A stretch of 64,000 nucleotides of DNA from the human T2T-CHM13v2.0 reference genome, Homo sapiens. This document shows positions 12,106 through 25,550 of this stretch, in pieces. Both the position numbers and the translations under genes were made by a program. The DNA is taken from assembly GCF_009914755.1 (NCBI RefSeq), contig NC_060935.1. One strand, 5' to 3'. The notes beneath the pieces were generated by a model. That model was not told where the DNA came from. It saw nothing but the letters and a program-made list of their open reading frames with translations, and searched no databases. Position 1 is the first letter of the stretch. Each line of letters opens with the position of its first letter.

Positions 12106-14064
12106 CGCGCTTGCAGAGAGCGGCTCCCATCACCAGCCCCCGTGGCTGGAACCCCCTGCGGTCATCACTGGAAGTCCTGACCAGAGCTGCCTGCCCTCCA
12201 GGCTCTGATGATCCTGCCAAGTCCTGCGGGTCCTCCATGAAGAGCGGCAGCCTGAAGCCCCGACCCCTGCAGACCCAAGGCTGTCTGGGGACGGGCCAGT
12301 GCACCGTGTCCTCCTGTCCAGGGCCAGGCGCAGCGAACATGCCCATTAAACACAGATGCCCCTCACCCGCCGCCGGGGCCTGGGGCACGGGCACATGCGC
12401 GTGGACTTTTCAGGAACAGGATTCACGGCTTCTATCACCAGGTTCTGGAACGGGTCGCCCACGCACGTTGACCTGGGCCTCACGTACTACAGCCTCCACG
12501 CGGGAAAGAAAAGTCCCGGTTCTGCAGGGTGACCAAGTCACATGAGGAGGACAGGCCAGGGATGGAGGAGCGGGGCAAACTAGGGGTATCGTTCACCCAA
12601 ATTTGTCCGCAGCCCCATCCAGAGGGATTTCCTGCTCTGACCCCACCCTGCCCCTCATGCAGACGGAGGGGCGCAGGCGGCCGGCAGGGCGGGGAGAGTG
12701 CATCAGCCTCAGAGAAGCCATGGGGGGCTGGGGGCCGGGACCGCGGCGCTGACTGTCCCGAGAAATAGGAAAAGAGGAAGGCACAGAGCGGACACGATTC
12801 TCAACTCAGAACACAAGTGGAGAAGAGGAGCCTCTCGGGTCTAGGGGCTCACGGGACATCCCTGCCCCTCCTGCCAATTTTGCTGTGAACCTAAAACTGC
12901 TCTGAAAAATAAAGTCCATTAAAAACGCGCATGGGCTGATGCGGAGGGGACCATCCAGCCCTCAGCTGCTCACTGGCTATGAACGCACCCGGAGTCCTCA
13001 GAGTGGGCTTTGGCAGCAACGCCACACCCTGGCCTCATCCTGAGCTCAAAGTTCACTCAAATAACCCAGGTCTTTAAAAAAAAAATTAGCCACTGTTAAA
13101 CCAGGTCACCCATTCTAAGTTTTTGTGGTTGATTTTTTTAACATAAAAACAGGGTTTGGTGTATATGTTCTTGTCAAATATTTTCTTTACAATTCTGAAA
13201 AACAGTGGATTTGCATGTGGACGTGGGATATAAGAATTCGATGCTTTAGAGTGATGAGGTTCTGTGCAATTTTTCCTTATTTTCATAATTATTTTATTTA
13301 TGGCTGCCAAGATGTTATTGTGTAAGAAATAAAAACTGGTAGAGGGAAAAAGTGAAATAAAAACCCCCAAACAGCCAAAAAGAGAGCACCCCGGGGTGTC
13401 GGCATCATTTCCTGTGGGCAGCCCCGGCTGGGGGTCATGCGGATGCCTGACTGTGGGGGCTGCAGAATCAGGGCAGCAATTAAAATGCACAGCCCTGCAA
13501 TTAGGAGCTAGTAATAAGGTAAGAACACGACTTCGAGGGGCAGGCCTCTGCTGAAACTCTTGGGATGAAATCATCTGGGTAGATACAAGAGTCAAAAACT
13601 TGGAATCCTCAAATTTCCCTGAACTCTAAGCAGCCTGTCCTGGCCCACCCTGGTCACCCCCTCACACCCACCCACCCGCAGCTAAGATGGTCCCATCTCC
13701 CTTAGAAAGACCCCTTCCAATGACATCAGCTGAAGCAGTCGCCACTCAAGGACCCACCACCATCCCCAGACCCACAGGAGAGGTAGCCCCCAGAACAGCA
13801 CAGGTGGAAGCGGGTGAGCCTGTGTGGGAAGGAGACAGCTACACACAGCGCAGGTGCAGGGTGCTGCCCATCTCATCGTCCAGAGCAGGGGAAGTTGGAA
13901 CAGGAAAGGTTGAGAAATGAGGGAAAGTCAAGTCAAGCATGTCTATTCAGGTGCCCTCACCAGGGTTTGGGTTTTAAAGTGCTGGTCCAAACACGGGGAC
14001 TGGCATTCACAGTCAGCTAGGTTGGCAACCAGGCCCGAACTGTACAAACCTGACCGACAGTCAG

Positions 14065-14368
14065 CAAGGTTGCATCGTGACCACGGGCCTGGAAAGCTTT
14101 CCCTGGGAAGATTAGAGAGTCACGTTGTAGGCTTTGTAAGTCATCAGGTCTCTGTCCCAGCTGCCCAGTTCTGCCGCTGTAGCACTAAGGCAGCTGTAGA
14201 CAGAACTTTCTTTACAGAGGCGGGCGGTTCTCAAACTGTATACATTACATCAGTGCAATTTTCTTTTGTATATTAGTGCTACCTACGTAAAGCTGTTAAT
14301 AAATAAAAACAAAAACAAACCAAAGGGGTGGGGTGTGTTTGCCCATAGGCCATAGTTTGCCAAGCGCT
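14065..14368 (+). mobile_element. MER58-like hAT MITE (interrupted)
   Basis: ggtctctgtcccagctgcccagttctgccgctgtagcactaaggcagctgtagaca and terminal ggccatagtttgccaa. Confidence 0.5.
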
Positions 14369-14399
14369 TACTGTAAAGAAAAGAAAGCAAAAGTCCAGG

Positions 14400-15324
14400 A
14401 AGAGGAGAATGCTGATGTGGATTAATGAAGTGCAACGTATTCACCGTCCCCTAAACATATGACTCGATAGGGCTGGGAGAACACTCGTGTAATCAAGGGA
14501 TGAAAACACACGTGAGTGAGGAGGGCCGAGGCATCCTTGGAAAGCTCTTAGGGGGTGGTCCTTGTCCTCTGGGGCCAGAGATGTCTACAGTGGGAGATGC
14601 CTCTCCCAACTGCAATGGGAATAGAGGAGCCCAGAGTGGGAAAGCCAGGTGATGGCACTGAGTTGTCAGAAACAAGTGTCCCAATCACCATCACCAGCTG
14701 CCGGGAATGGGTGGTGGTGAGACTCCACTGATACGTGGACATGCTCAGCAGTGGGTCACTGATGGGGGGACAGGCAGCCTATTACAATGCCCCCTCTGCT
14801 TCATCTACATCAGCAGCAACATTCCAGGTCTGGTGGGCAGAAACGTAGCTCCAATCACCATAGTAGGGGTTTCCTGAAACCTTAGCCAAATTGCAAATTC
14901 AGGGCCCATTGACTGGAGGGAAGCCAGATCCTCCTAAGCAAGGGCCCTGCATGATGTCACAGACGTCAGCCACAACTGTTCTAAGCCTCCCCTGAAGGAA
15001 CCTGCTGCCACCACTTTCACTAGGAAAAGGGAGCCTAGATATTTCAGGGGATCATCAGAAATTAGCTTTCAATGGATGCTAATCCTTAGGGAAAGATCAC
15101 ACGAGAGGAGCCTATTCTCAGAGTGGGAGCCTTTGTAAGTTGGGAGGGGGATGGGGGCTTGGCTTTAGTCTTCCTTACGGTGGGTCCAGTGAGCCTGTGG
15201 GCCAATCCCATGGCTGCCTCCTCACAGGGAATAGGTAGTAGGAGGAGATACCTGAGTAGCTGAGATAATCTCCATATTAGGTCCCTGTAGAAGACCTATT
15301 GTAGTTAAAAAATAAACACACACA

Positions 15325-15368
<44 letters not shown>

Positions 15369-16560
15369 CAGGGACATAGAGAGAATGGAAGTAATACTTC
15401 TTTCTCAGAGAACTTCAGAGATTATTGACAACTCTAATTCCTGCCACAGCCCCATTTAGCTCTCCTGTTTGACCAGCACAAAAGGCACATGGGTCTTGGA
15501 GAAACACTCTGAATTTTTTAAACAATTAGGTGGGAAAGCCAATTGCAGCTGCTCTCCTAGTTGGCACGTCCTTATTGAAGCAGCTCACACAGCCTCTGAC
15601 ACGTGATATGCAGCTATTGTTATAACAGATTTTCTTTTCAATTCCACCTAGCAAAGACGATCCAGGGGAGTTTGCATTCACCTGGCAGGAGCAGCAATAT
15701 ACTATCAACCCTGCTACTTCAGGGCCAGGTCAAGGCCTCTCTCTGTCACAGTAGAATCCAGAGTTATCTGTATCGTCTTGTTATCCAAGAACATTACACT
15801 AGATTGATACAATGTAGATCCACTACACCAGCCCTAGTAAGTAGGAATTTGAAGTACCCTAAGTACCTGGGTAAAACACACGCATACTCAAGGACAGGGG
15901 ATAAACTTTGTGAAAATGCAGGTGTATTATAATTTCTATAGAACTTATGTTCTGAGAAGTGTCAGAATATTCCCACTAAAGTGAGGGCAAACTTGCTGCA
16001 CCTTCCAAAATTCTCCCCTTGGTGGGCCTTTTAGGGTTTGCACGTGCACTACCTTTGGGTATGCAGCGACCAACCATTAACTAAATAACTTCCAGTTTTG
16101 AGCAGGGCTCAGACAAGAAAAGTTTGCAGTAGAATGAGGCTGTGTTGCAAGCTGCCCTGCCATTTGGGCCATATGACCCAGCAGACCCACTGCTACATGA
16201 AGTGTCTGTGCAGATAGGAATGCTATGTGGAGCCTCCAGCAACCCCCAATCAGAGAATCACCTGTAGGGCTTCCTAGTAAGCCCATATTCAATTTCACCA
16301 GCAGCTCTTCAGGGTTGGCTGTGGACTCCGATGAAGACGCTATGCCTGACCCTTGCACATGAAGTATGTATGCAGTCGTAACTGCTCATTGAGATCTGGG
16401 CATTTTCTCATCACCCAGATCATAAAGTTAGAGCTGAACATGCACAGCAGCATTTTCTTAGTAGCTGGAAACAATATGCTTGTCCAGGGCTGAGCGGCTC
16501 TGGAAGGCACGGATCCATTGCATAGGCAGGTAGCTGGCGTTCCCAGGGGGCTGCTCTTAC
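14400..16560 (+). mobile_element. Highly degraded ERV-L-type pro/pol fragment in the palindrome spacer
   Basis: Broken RT motifs: IPATAPFSSPV*PAQKAHGSWR (~15436-15503) and YAAI...FFSIP...EFAFTWQEQQYT (~15605-15705); boundaries approximate. Confidence 0.55.
15316..15365. repeat. (CA)n microsatellite
   Basis: Direct reading. Confidence 0.95.
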
Positions 16561-19500
16561 TGCCTCTCTAGGGTGCTGCAAAACCAAACTAAAGGAAGCT
16601 TCCTCCTCGGTACGAATGATCACTTCCCCTAAACCATCACTCACTCATCACCCACCTTCCTCCAGGGCCCAGCCAGCTACCATGCTCCCGAGCCTGCTCT
16701 CTACCGACCATTATGTTCCATCCTTTCTCTGTTGTTATTTTGTAGGTTCATGAACCCCCAAACCCTGTCTCTGATCCTGTGAGAAGATACAGAATGTTAG
16801 TGAATAGCAGGAGAACCCCTGCAAGAATGGCTAAGAAGAAGTAAATCAAAGTTTAGCAAGTGGAAACATAAAGAAAAAATGAAGAGGAGGCTGGAGGTGT
16901 GGAGAGAGGATTGGATGGTTGCAGATCATTTCACTAGACAAAGAAGAGGGTGGGGCAGAGGGGATGCAGTGCAGACGGAGGCTGATTGGCGGCTGTAACA
17001 TGTGACCACACACACAGATGCTGATCCAAATTTGCTAAATGTCCTAACTGCACATGATTTCCACCACTAAGCCTGTAGCCCCAACATAGGCTTTGTGTAA
17101 GGTGACATTTCTGGGGCCATATTCATTTAGGGCCATGACCATGGGGAGTGAGCATTGCGAAGTAAATTTCCAGCTACAGTTCAATAAATTCTTGTCCTCT
17201 AGAAGATGAATGACTTCCAGGAATACTCCCACCACTCACTGTGACAACTTGCCCAGGTAATGGCAACACAAAGATGAACAGCCAGAGATTGTGTCGTGAC
17301 ACCATGCATCCTCCAGGGACTGCATGTAGGCAGTGGAGGAGAAACATGGTTTGAAAGGTCCAGAGGCAGAGCTAGTTTTCAGAAATGTCTTCCAAATATT
17401 ATAGCTTAATAGGAAAGCAATTTGATGATGTCACCCCAAATTTGACAATTCTAAAAATTAACATAGTTATTGATAGTGAGCTATGAGACAAAAAGCAATC
17501 TTTCTAAACTATTGATGATGTAATTTCTTAAAGAGAACAGTGCTAGAAGAAATAATGAATTCTCCCCACCATGCCCCCAACCATTAGCGGTCATAGAGAC
17601 CTCCAGCTGATGCCAAGAAGAAAGGAAGCCCTTGGCTGCCCTAAAGCTTCTCTTGGCACATTCCTGTGGGAATGGCAGGTGGTGGGGAAGGGGCTGGAGA
17701 AATGCTCTGAGGGAGGGGCAGGGGCTGCTCCACCAGGGCATGGGGAACCCCCAAAGCCCAGGGGATTCACACATGGACTTGGGTCGGAAACGCAAAATTG
17801 GCAGGAGGGGCAGGGATGTCCCGTGAGCCCCTAGACCCGAGAGGCTCCTCTCCTCCAGTTGTGTTCTGAGTTGAGAATCGGGTCCGCGTCTGTGTCTTTC
17901 TCTCTTCCTATTTCTCAGGACAGTCAGCGCCGCGGTCCCCGCCCCCAGCCCCCCATGGCTTCTCTGAGGCTGATGGACTCTCCCCGCCCTGCCGGCCGCC
18001 TGCGCCCCTCCGTCTGCATGAGGGGCAGGGTGGGGTCAGAGCAGGAAATCCCTCTGGATGGGGCTGCGGACAAATTTGGGTGAACGATACCCCTAGTTTG
18101 CCCCGCTCCTCCATCCCTGGCCTGTCCTCCTCATGTGACTTGGTCACCCTGCAGAACCGGGACTTTTCTTTCCCGCGTGGAGGCTGTAGTACGTGAGGCC
18201 CAGGTCAACGTGCGTGGGCGACCCGTTCCAGAACCTGGTGATAGAAGCCGTGAATCCTGTTCCTGAAAAGCCTACACGCACGTGCCCGTGCCCCAGGCCC
18301 CGGCGGCGGGTGAGGGGCATCTCTGTTTAATGGGCATGTTCGCTGCGCCTGGCCCTGGACAGGAGGACGCGGTGCACCACCCCGTCCCCAGACAGCCTTG
18401 GGTCTGCAGGGGTCGGGGCTTCAGGCTGCCGCTCTTCAAGGAGGACCGGCAGGACTTGGCAGGATCATCAGAGCCTGGAGGGCAGGCAGCTCTGGTCAGG
18501 ACTTCCAGTGATGACCGCAGGGGGTTCCAGCTACCGGGGCTGGTGATGGGAGCCACTCTGTGCAAGCGCATACACACTCTCTCACACTCACACACCCCTA
18601 CACTGACTCGTACACTCACATGGATTCACACACTCATACACACATTCTCACACTCACACACTCATACACACATTCTCACACTCACACACACACACCTCTA
18701 CACTGACTCACATGCATTCACACACTCATATACACATTCTCGCACTCACTCACACACCCCTACACCAACTCGTACACTCACATGCATTCACACATTCATA
18801 CACACACTCTCATACTCACACACACACACTGACACACCCCTACACCGACTCATACGCTCACATGCACTCACACACTCATACACATACTCTCACACTCACA
18901 CACACACTGACACACTCATGCACCTGCTCATACACTCATGTGCACTCACACACTCATGCAAATCCTCATGCATATTTGCACACACACACAGTCATATGCA
19001 TACTCATACACGCATTCTCTCACACACACACTCATACACTCACATACATTCAAACACAAACAACCCCCCATACACCCTCCACACACTCCTCTAGTATCTG
19101 GGGGCTTCAGACTCTCACAGCTTGAAGAGGAGACACGCATCTCTGCTGAGCGAGCCTCTCTACTTCTCTGATTGGTAAACGGTGGCTCTGAACGGGGTCT
19201 GGCCTCTTCCAAGAAGCAGGTGGTTTTTTGGCAGAATCAAGGGGTCGCATGGATTTTCTCTGCTTGTTTTATTAAGACTTCAAAATACAAATCCCTTTAA
19301 AACAATCAGTGAACCACTTAAACCAATGCTAATATTATCCTGTGGGATTTATGCAAAATTATGTGACCAATAAGGTGGGTCTCTTTTGAATTCCCTTACT
19401 GTTCTGTCTGGCCAGTCCTGCTGCTGGAGTCACCCCAAAAGCTGTGGCAGGGGAGTCACTGCAGGGGCAGCTCCAGCCCCTCCAGAGAGGGGGTCAGTCA

Positions 19501-20766
19501 AGAGCATTTGTCAGGGGAGGTCAGGAGGGCTGTGTCCCTTTCCCTCCCTTCATCTTTTTCAGAGGATGCCAGCCAAGGCCACAACGCCAGAGGGGGCAGA
19601 CGTAGGTAGGTCCAAGCCACAGTCACAACTGAGAGAAGGGGGACACGCAGGCATGTCTGCAGCGAGGGCCCAGGCCGTGGAGCTCACATGGGGCTGTGAG
19701 GGGTTAGCCTCAGGGTCTGAGATAGCTTCTGCATGTTTAGCCACGTGTTTGAGATTTCACTGTTTTGGGCATCAACGTGAACACCTTTCTCAGTGTTCAG
19801 GGCCTGGGAATGTTCACAGCACAGCGTGGCTTCAAGCCTGCTGGGAAAACGTGCAGCTGGCCAGGTCACAGGGTGGGCAGGACACAGAAAGAAGTGGGTC
19901 CTGGAGGACTCTGCACTGGCTCAGGAACAAGGGAGCCCCCCTTCCCTCCTCCTTTCTCTCTATGCCTCTCCCAGCCCTTCGTCCATCCAAGCAGTCACCA
20001 TGCTTGAAATTCTACTCCCAAAGCTATTTTTAGAGTTGGCTGGTCTCTTCCCTGTCATGCTGCGTCTCAGACCCTCTCACATCTGCCCCGCTCGGCCTTC
20101 TCGCCACCTGGCTGTGGAGGACCTCAGTTACCCCTCCACCCTATCGTAGGGGCTCCCCAGCTCCCGTCCAAGCACCCCAAGGCCAGGCGCCACGCTGCGT
20201 TCTTCTCGCGCTCCTGGTGCATGCAGTGGTGCTTAGCAAACTGTGCCGCATGAAGGAGTGGATCACCCAACAGCCTGATGTGATCAGGAAGCGCAAAGAA
20301 AGGGGGTGCTTTAGGGCCAGGAGGGAGGTTGAAAGGCTCATTCAAAAGGAACAGCAGGAAAAGGGCCACACTGAAAACAGGACTCGTGAGGGGAAGCGAT
20401 CGCTTATTCAAAGAAATCACAAAGTCAAGGCTCAGAATTTGCAGACCCCAAAAGACAAACGGCACCAGGAGCTTTCCTGGGACTGTGCCTGGGAGGAGAG
20501 GGTTTAGAACATCAGGGTAGAGAGAGATGGTGCAGGAGAGGAAGAGGAGCGGTCTCATGCACCATGACAGCCGCGCATGGTGAGACGAGGGTGGTGAGGG
20601 GCTGTGCCCCGCACAGGGCCTGTGAAGGCTCTTCCTGTTCCAAATACTGCTGCTCCAGCATTCTAGAAAACAGTCACCCCAGGGCTGTGATTCACGGCTT
20701 TATGCTGATACATTGGTCTCTGTCTGGAGCATGTGGATGAGAGCCAATATGACTGTGTGTTAAAGA

Positions 20767-20901
20767 TCAGATCTTGTACTGACAGCAAATAGGGACACAG
20801 CAGCTGGACTGGGAGCAGCAGGGCTTGCAGCAGCTGGACTGGGAGCAGGTTGATCCACAGCCTGAGGAGCAGCAGCAGAGTTTGCAGCAACTGCACTGAG
20901 A
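20767..20901 (-). pseudogene. 5'-truncated KRTAP5 pseudogene fragment (open frame)
   Basis: [44 protein letters not shown], fused to an Alu. Confidence 0.85.
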
Positions 20902-21161
20902 CTGTTGCCCAGTATGAAGTGCAGTGGCGCAGTCACAGGTCACTGCAATCCCCATCCCGTGGTCTCAAGCAATCTGCCTGAATAAACAAGACTACAGGTG
21001 GGTGTCCCCATGCCCAGGTACTTAAAATAAATTTTTTTTAAGTTAAAGATAAGATCTCTCTTTATTGTCCAGGCTGGATTTGATCTCCTGGTCTCAAGTG
21101 ATCCTCCTGCCTTGGCCTCCCAAATTGCAGGGATGACAGACATGAGCCACCACATGCAGCC
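20902..21161 (-). mobile_element. AluJ-like, 3'-truncated (mirror of 9519-9775)
   Basis: Reverse complement of the left-arm Alu. Confidence 0.8.
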
Positions 21162-22929
21162 TCTTTTATGTCTGGTATCATTTCCTTTCATTGTTCATTA
21201 GCTCCTTTGGGAACAGTACGCTACCACTGTGATCTGTTTCATGGCAGGCTTCCCAGCTTTCTTCCATTGCCTGTAGGGACTTACCAAGGGCCCTTGCACC
21301 CACTCACCACTAGAGGGAGGAAAACCTTCCCCATTTCAGGAGCCGAATTCAAAATTCACGCTGTGTTTTCCGGCACGCACCTGTTGGCTCTTTCGAGGTT
21401 CCCCTGTTTTCAGCTCTGTTAGATGTTTCTTTGCTTTCTCCTACACAGACACTGATACTCTGGGGAACTGTGGCTCTTGGAAACTTGTCCTGACAGTCTT
21501 GTGTTTTGAGGCTCACTTGTTCATTTTTTGTTTGGTGTTTTTTTGTTTGTTTTTGTTTTGTTGTTGTTGTTTGTTTTTTGTTTTTGGTTTATTGAGACAA
21601 AGTCTCATGTTATGTTGCCCAGGAGTTCAGAGGCATGATCAAAAGTCACTGCAGCCTCAAACTCCCAGGCTCAAGCCATCCTCTTGCCTCAGCCTCCTGA
21701 GTAGCTGGGGCTGCAGGTTTGCACCACCATGCCTGGCTTACCTGGTTTTGTTATAAATCTCCAGCATGCATTTTTGGTTTTGTTACCTAGTTGCTTGGTG
21801 TCCTGTGGGTTGTGGGAATGTACAGGGCTCAGATGTAATGAACTCTGCGTTCATGTCTGCTGCCACCTTCTGGAGTTTCCCAGTTTGGATTTTTGAGTGA
21901 ACTGTCTTAAGCAGCATTTCCTTTTAGCGTTGTGAAACTATCAATAGCCATGTCCCCTAGCAAGATGCACCTTTGACACACTTTTATTCCCTCTCCTAAA
22001 TGTGGTTGAAATAATCTAAGCCTTTATTTCTAGATTATTTCATTTTTCCTTACATTGCATCTCTTTTCTCTCAGAAATTTGTCTTGGAAATTCCCACTCT
22101 GCTCTTCCCCAGCAGTATCAGCAGTCGCTTAGATCTGTGAGTGTTCTGTGGGAGCTCATTTCTCACCAGCACTCCCTGTGTGTTGTCTTCCCTCCACCTT
22201 TTCCCTCCGGGTTCGCTTGGCTGGAAATCGTCCTCAGATCACTCTTGTCCCCTCCTCCCCAGTGCGTGATTTCTAAAGCCTTGCCTGTGACACTGGTCAG
22301 AGAACAGGCTCAGCGTGGTGGCGCATCACCATGAAACAGATGGACTTGGCTCAGGGTCCCCAAATGTGTCACTTCCCAGGAACTCTCCTTTCCTGCCGGG
22401 AGACTGAGCTCCGAGGACACCTTGGGCCATTCTGTAACTTCCTGGTTACCTTTAGTTATGGAAAGCCGTTGACCTCATAATTGTAAAAGGCTAATTGAGT
22501 GTTTGAATCAGAGTGCGTTGGAGCTCAGCGGTGCTTCACTCCTCCCTCCTCCGACCTTGCCCTGCCTGGGTCCTTCCAAGGCCCCAGAGGAGAGCGGGAA
22601 GCTGGAAGCCATGGGTCTTGTGCAAAGCCCTGCTTGGCTGGTCATCAGGACTCAGGGCCCGCCTGCCCCTCTGCGCCTCTAGGGTGGGCATTGAATACCG
22701 AATCCTCCCCAGGCTGAGCCCTCTTCTTCTGCAAGCAGAGAGAGTGAAGATATTTGAGGCCGCGTGGAAGGCAGAAGTGAACTTCGTGGTTCTTTTTGAA
22801 TGCACCAAGCCTGCTGGCAGGCATTTCCCAGCTTAGCTGACAAATTAGAACACAGAATCAGTCACCACACAGGAAAGGGGTTAGACAGAATTGCACCAAG
22901 TGTACAGTTGGTTTACAGACATGAGAGGC

Positions 22930-22935
22930 TTTATT
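22930..22935 (-). terminator. Polyadenylation signal AATAAA of the KRTAP5-11-like gene
   Basis: tttatt on + strand, ~485 nt past the stop; paralogous to 7805-7810. Confidence 0.75.
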
Positions 22936-23419
22936 GCAAGGAAATTCATTCATTTTTTTTTTAAATAGATGGAGACAACAGGAAGGAAGGAGACCTTCTT
23001 GCTCACAGGTGGGTCACAGGAGAACAGGCAGCAGCCCAGGAGGACCCAGAATCCCAGTGGTGGTTGAGAAACTGGTTCTTAGTGATCACTCAGGAATGTC
23101 GGCCTGGCCTTGTGGGGTCAGACCTAGCATCTCAGTCAGCCCAGGGAGAAGAAGAAGATGGTCCACACCCAAGTGCAGGGAACACCATGGCGTCCAGGGA
23201 AGAACACCTCCTGCATCAAGGAAACACATGTTTCCGGAGTGAGGAAGCTGAAGGCAGGGCCTAGAGGAGAGCCGAGCCATGGAAAGAGGTGCATGCATGG
23301 ATGATGAGCTAGAGCAGGTGCAGGTGCCTCAGGATGATGTGTGGGATGAACTGATTCAGAGAAACCATAAGAAATGCTTTCACCAAAGAGGAGAAACCTG
23401 AAGGTCTGGGTCCAGAGCC

Positions 23420-23890
23420 TCAGATCTTACACTGGCAGCACACGGGGACACAGCAGCTGGACTGGCAGCAGCAGGGCTTGAAGCAGCTAGACTGGCAGCA
23501 GCTGGATTGGCAGCAGCAGGGCTTGCAGCAGCTGGACTGGCAGCAGCTGGATTGGCAGCAGCAGGGTTTGGAGCAGCTGGACTGGCAGCAGAATGACCCA
23601 CAGCCTGAGGAGGAGCAGCAGGGCTTACAGCAGTTGGACTGGGAGCAGCCACAAGAACCACACCCACCCTTGGAGCTCCCACAAGAGCCACAGCCCCCTT
23701 TGGAGCCCCCACAGGAGCCACAGCTGGAGCAGGAACAGGCTGGCACACAGCAGCACACAGGCTTGCAGCAGCAAATGGGCACACAGCAGCTGGAGCCACA
23801 GCCCCCACAGCCAGAGCCACAGCCCCCACTGCCGGAGCCACAGCCCCCACAGCCAGAGCCACAGCCTCCAGAACAGCCACAGCAGCCCAT
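23420..23890 (-). CDS. KRTAP5-11: Keratin-associated protein 5 family, 156 aa, single exon
   Basis: atcATGG start; [13 protein letters not shown]...CCQSSCC repeats...CCQCKI; TATA and polyA signal present; length and position match recalled KRTAP5-11. Confidence 0.9.
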
Positions 23891-23972
23891 GATTCTGGCG
23901 GATTGAGAGTAGAGCAGGTAGAGGAGCAGGTGAGAGGGAGGTGCAGGTGTGGAGCCCCCTGAGCCTGGGCTC

Positions 23973-24111
23973 TTTATATACCTGTCCAGAGGTCAGGGAG
24001 GACGCAGGGTCCTTTCCTTGTGACTGTTTACACTATTTTTCCAGAGCTCTATTTTTTTCCTCTTTGCTAGTGACTTCCTCCTGGCTCAGTTGAGCATCTA
24101 CTTTCTTTGTT
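23973..24111 (-). promoter_or_regulatory. KRTAP5 promoter: TATATAAA 23973-23980, TGTAAACA 24025-24032, LEF/SOX-like CTTTGTT 24105-24111
   Basis: Mirror of the 6411-6551 promoter. Confidence 0.7.
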
Positions 24112-24495
24112 TTCTAAATTTGTCTTCTTCCCCATTTGTTTTGGCCCCTACAATTAAAACCTCAGCTCCAGGCTGGTCTGGTGCTTCCCGCAAAGTTCCA
24201 GGGTGCTGGTCACCCGCTCTCTGCTGACCACATGTGACCAATGGGCAACAGCCTCTGCCCACATGCTCTCATCTTCCCTGTCTATCCCTCCAGATAATAT
24301 TAATTTTATGTTTTTAGATTTCAAAATTCACCCATGGTCTTTATAGGAAACACAAGTAAAGAAGAAAACAAATTCTTTATTATCATGTATCCTGGAGATG
24401 GATTTGGTAGATTTCTGCAAGCATAATATTAATATAAATATTCATGCATATTATATTAAGTAATATTTTACTCATGCCAGTCTCAGTTTTCTGGG

Positions 24496-25190
<695 letters not shown>

Positions 25191-25416
25191 ATTTTTTTTT
25201 CCTTTACGGTCCAAATAACAATAATATAATCTCATTTTGGTGTTTGCAGGGAATCTCTTCCTCTACTCAAGCATTTCTGAAAATCCCACAAATCTCTCTG
25301 CTGTTGTTTTCTCTCTTCCCCATTTACAGTGTTCACTCCTCTTAGGCTGCTTCTTCCAGTTGCCCACTTTTGTTCCCTGCTCAGTTTTACTCCAGGTGGG
25401 AAAGAGAGATTTCTCT

Positions 25417-25550
25417 ATGCCATGGTCTGCATGTGTCCCCCAACATTCATGTGTTGGAAACATCATCCCCAATGCAAGAGTGTTGTGAGGTGGGTCCTAA
25501 AGGGAAGTGCTTGTAATGGATTAGTATACTATAAGGACTTGAGGGCAGGC
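25417..25550 (+). mobile_element. 5' fragment of a MaLR LTR truncated by the satellite
   Basis: tgccatggtctgcatgtgtcccccaacattcatgtgttggaaac...ccccaatgcaagagtgttg. Confidence 0.5.

Larger units (their letters stand above)
5749..12883 (+). repeat. Left arm of ~7.1-kb inverted segmental duplication
   Basis: Reverse complement of 17792-24870; mirrored ORFs (e.g. 10619..10975- identical to 19793..20149+); inner edge ...cctgccaattttgc at 12883. Confidence 0.95.

Noticed and set aside
11590-12394. His/Thr-rich ORFs of 130-270 aa (also 18282-19125)
   Set aside because: Translation of (CA)/(TG) low-complexity DNA; repeat tract and reading differ between the two arms
17380-17530. Possible hAT transposase dimerisation-domain remnant
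   Set aside because: Resemblance too degraded to support by eye; needs a Dfam search
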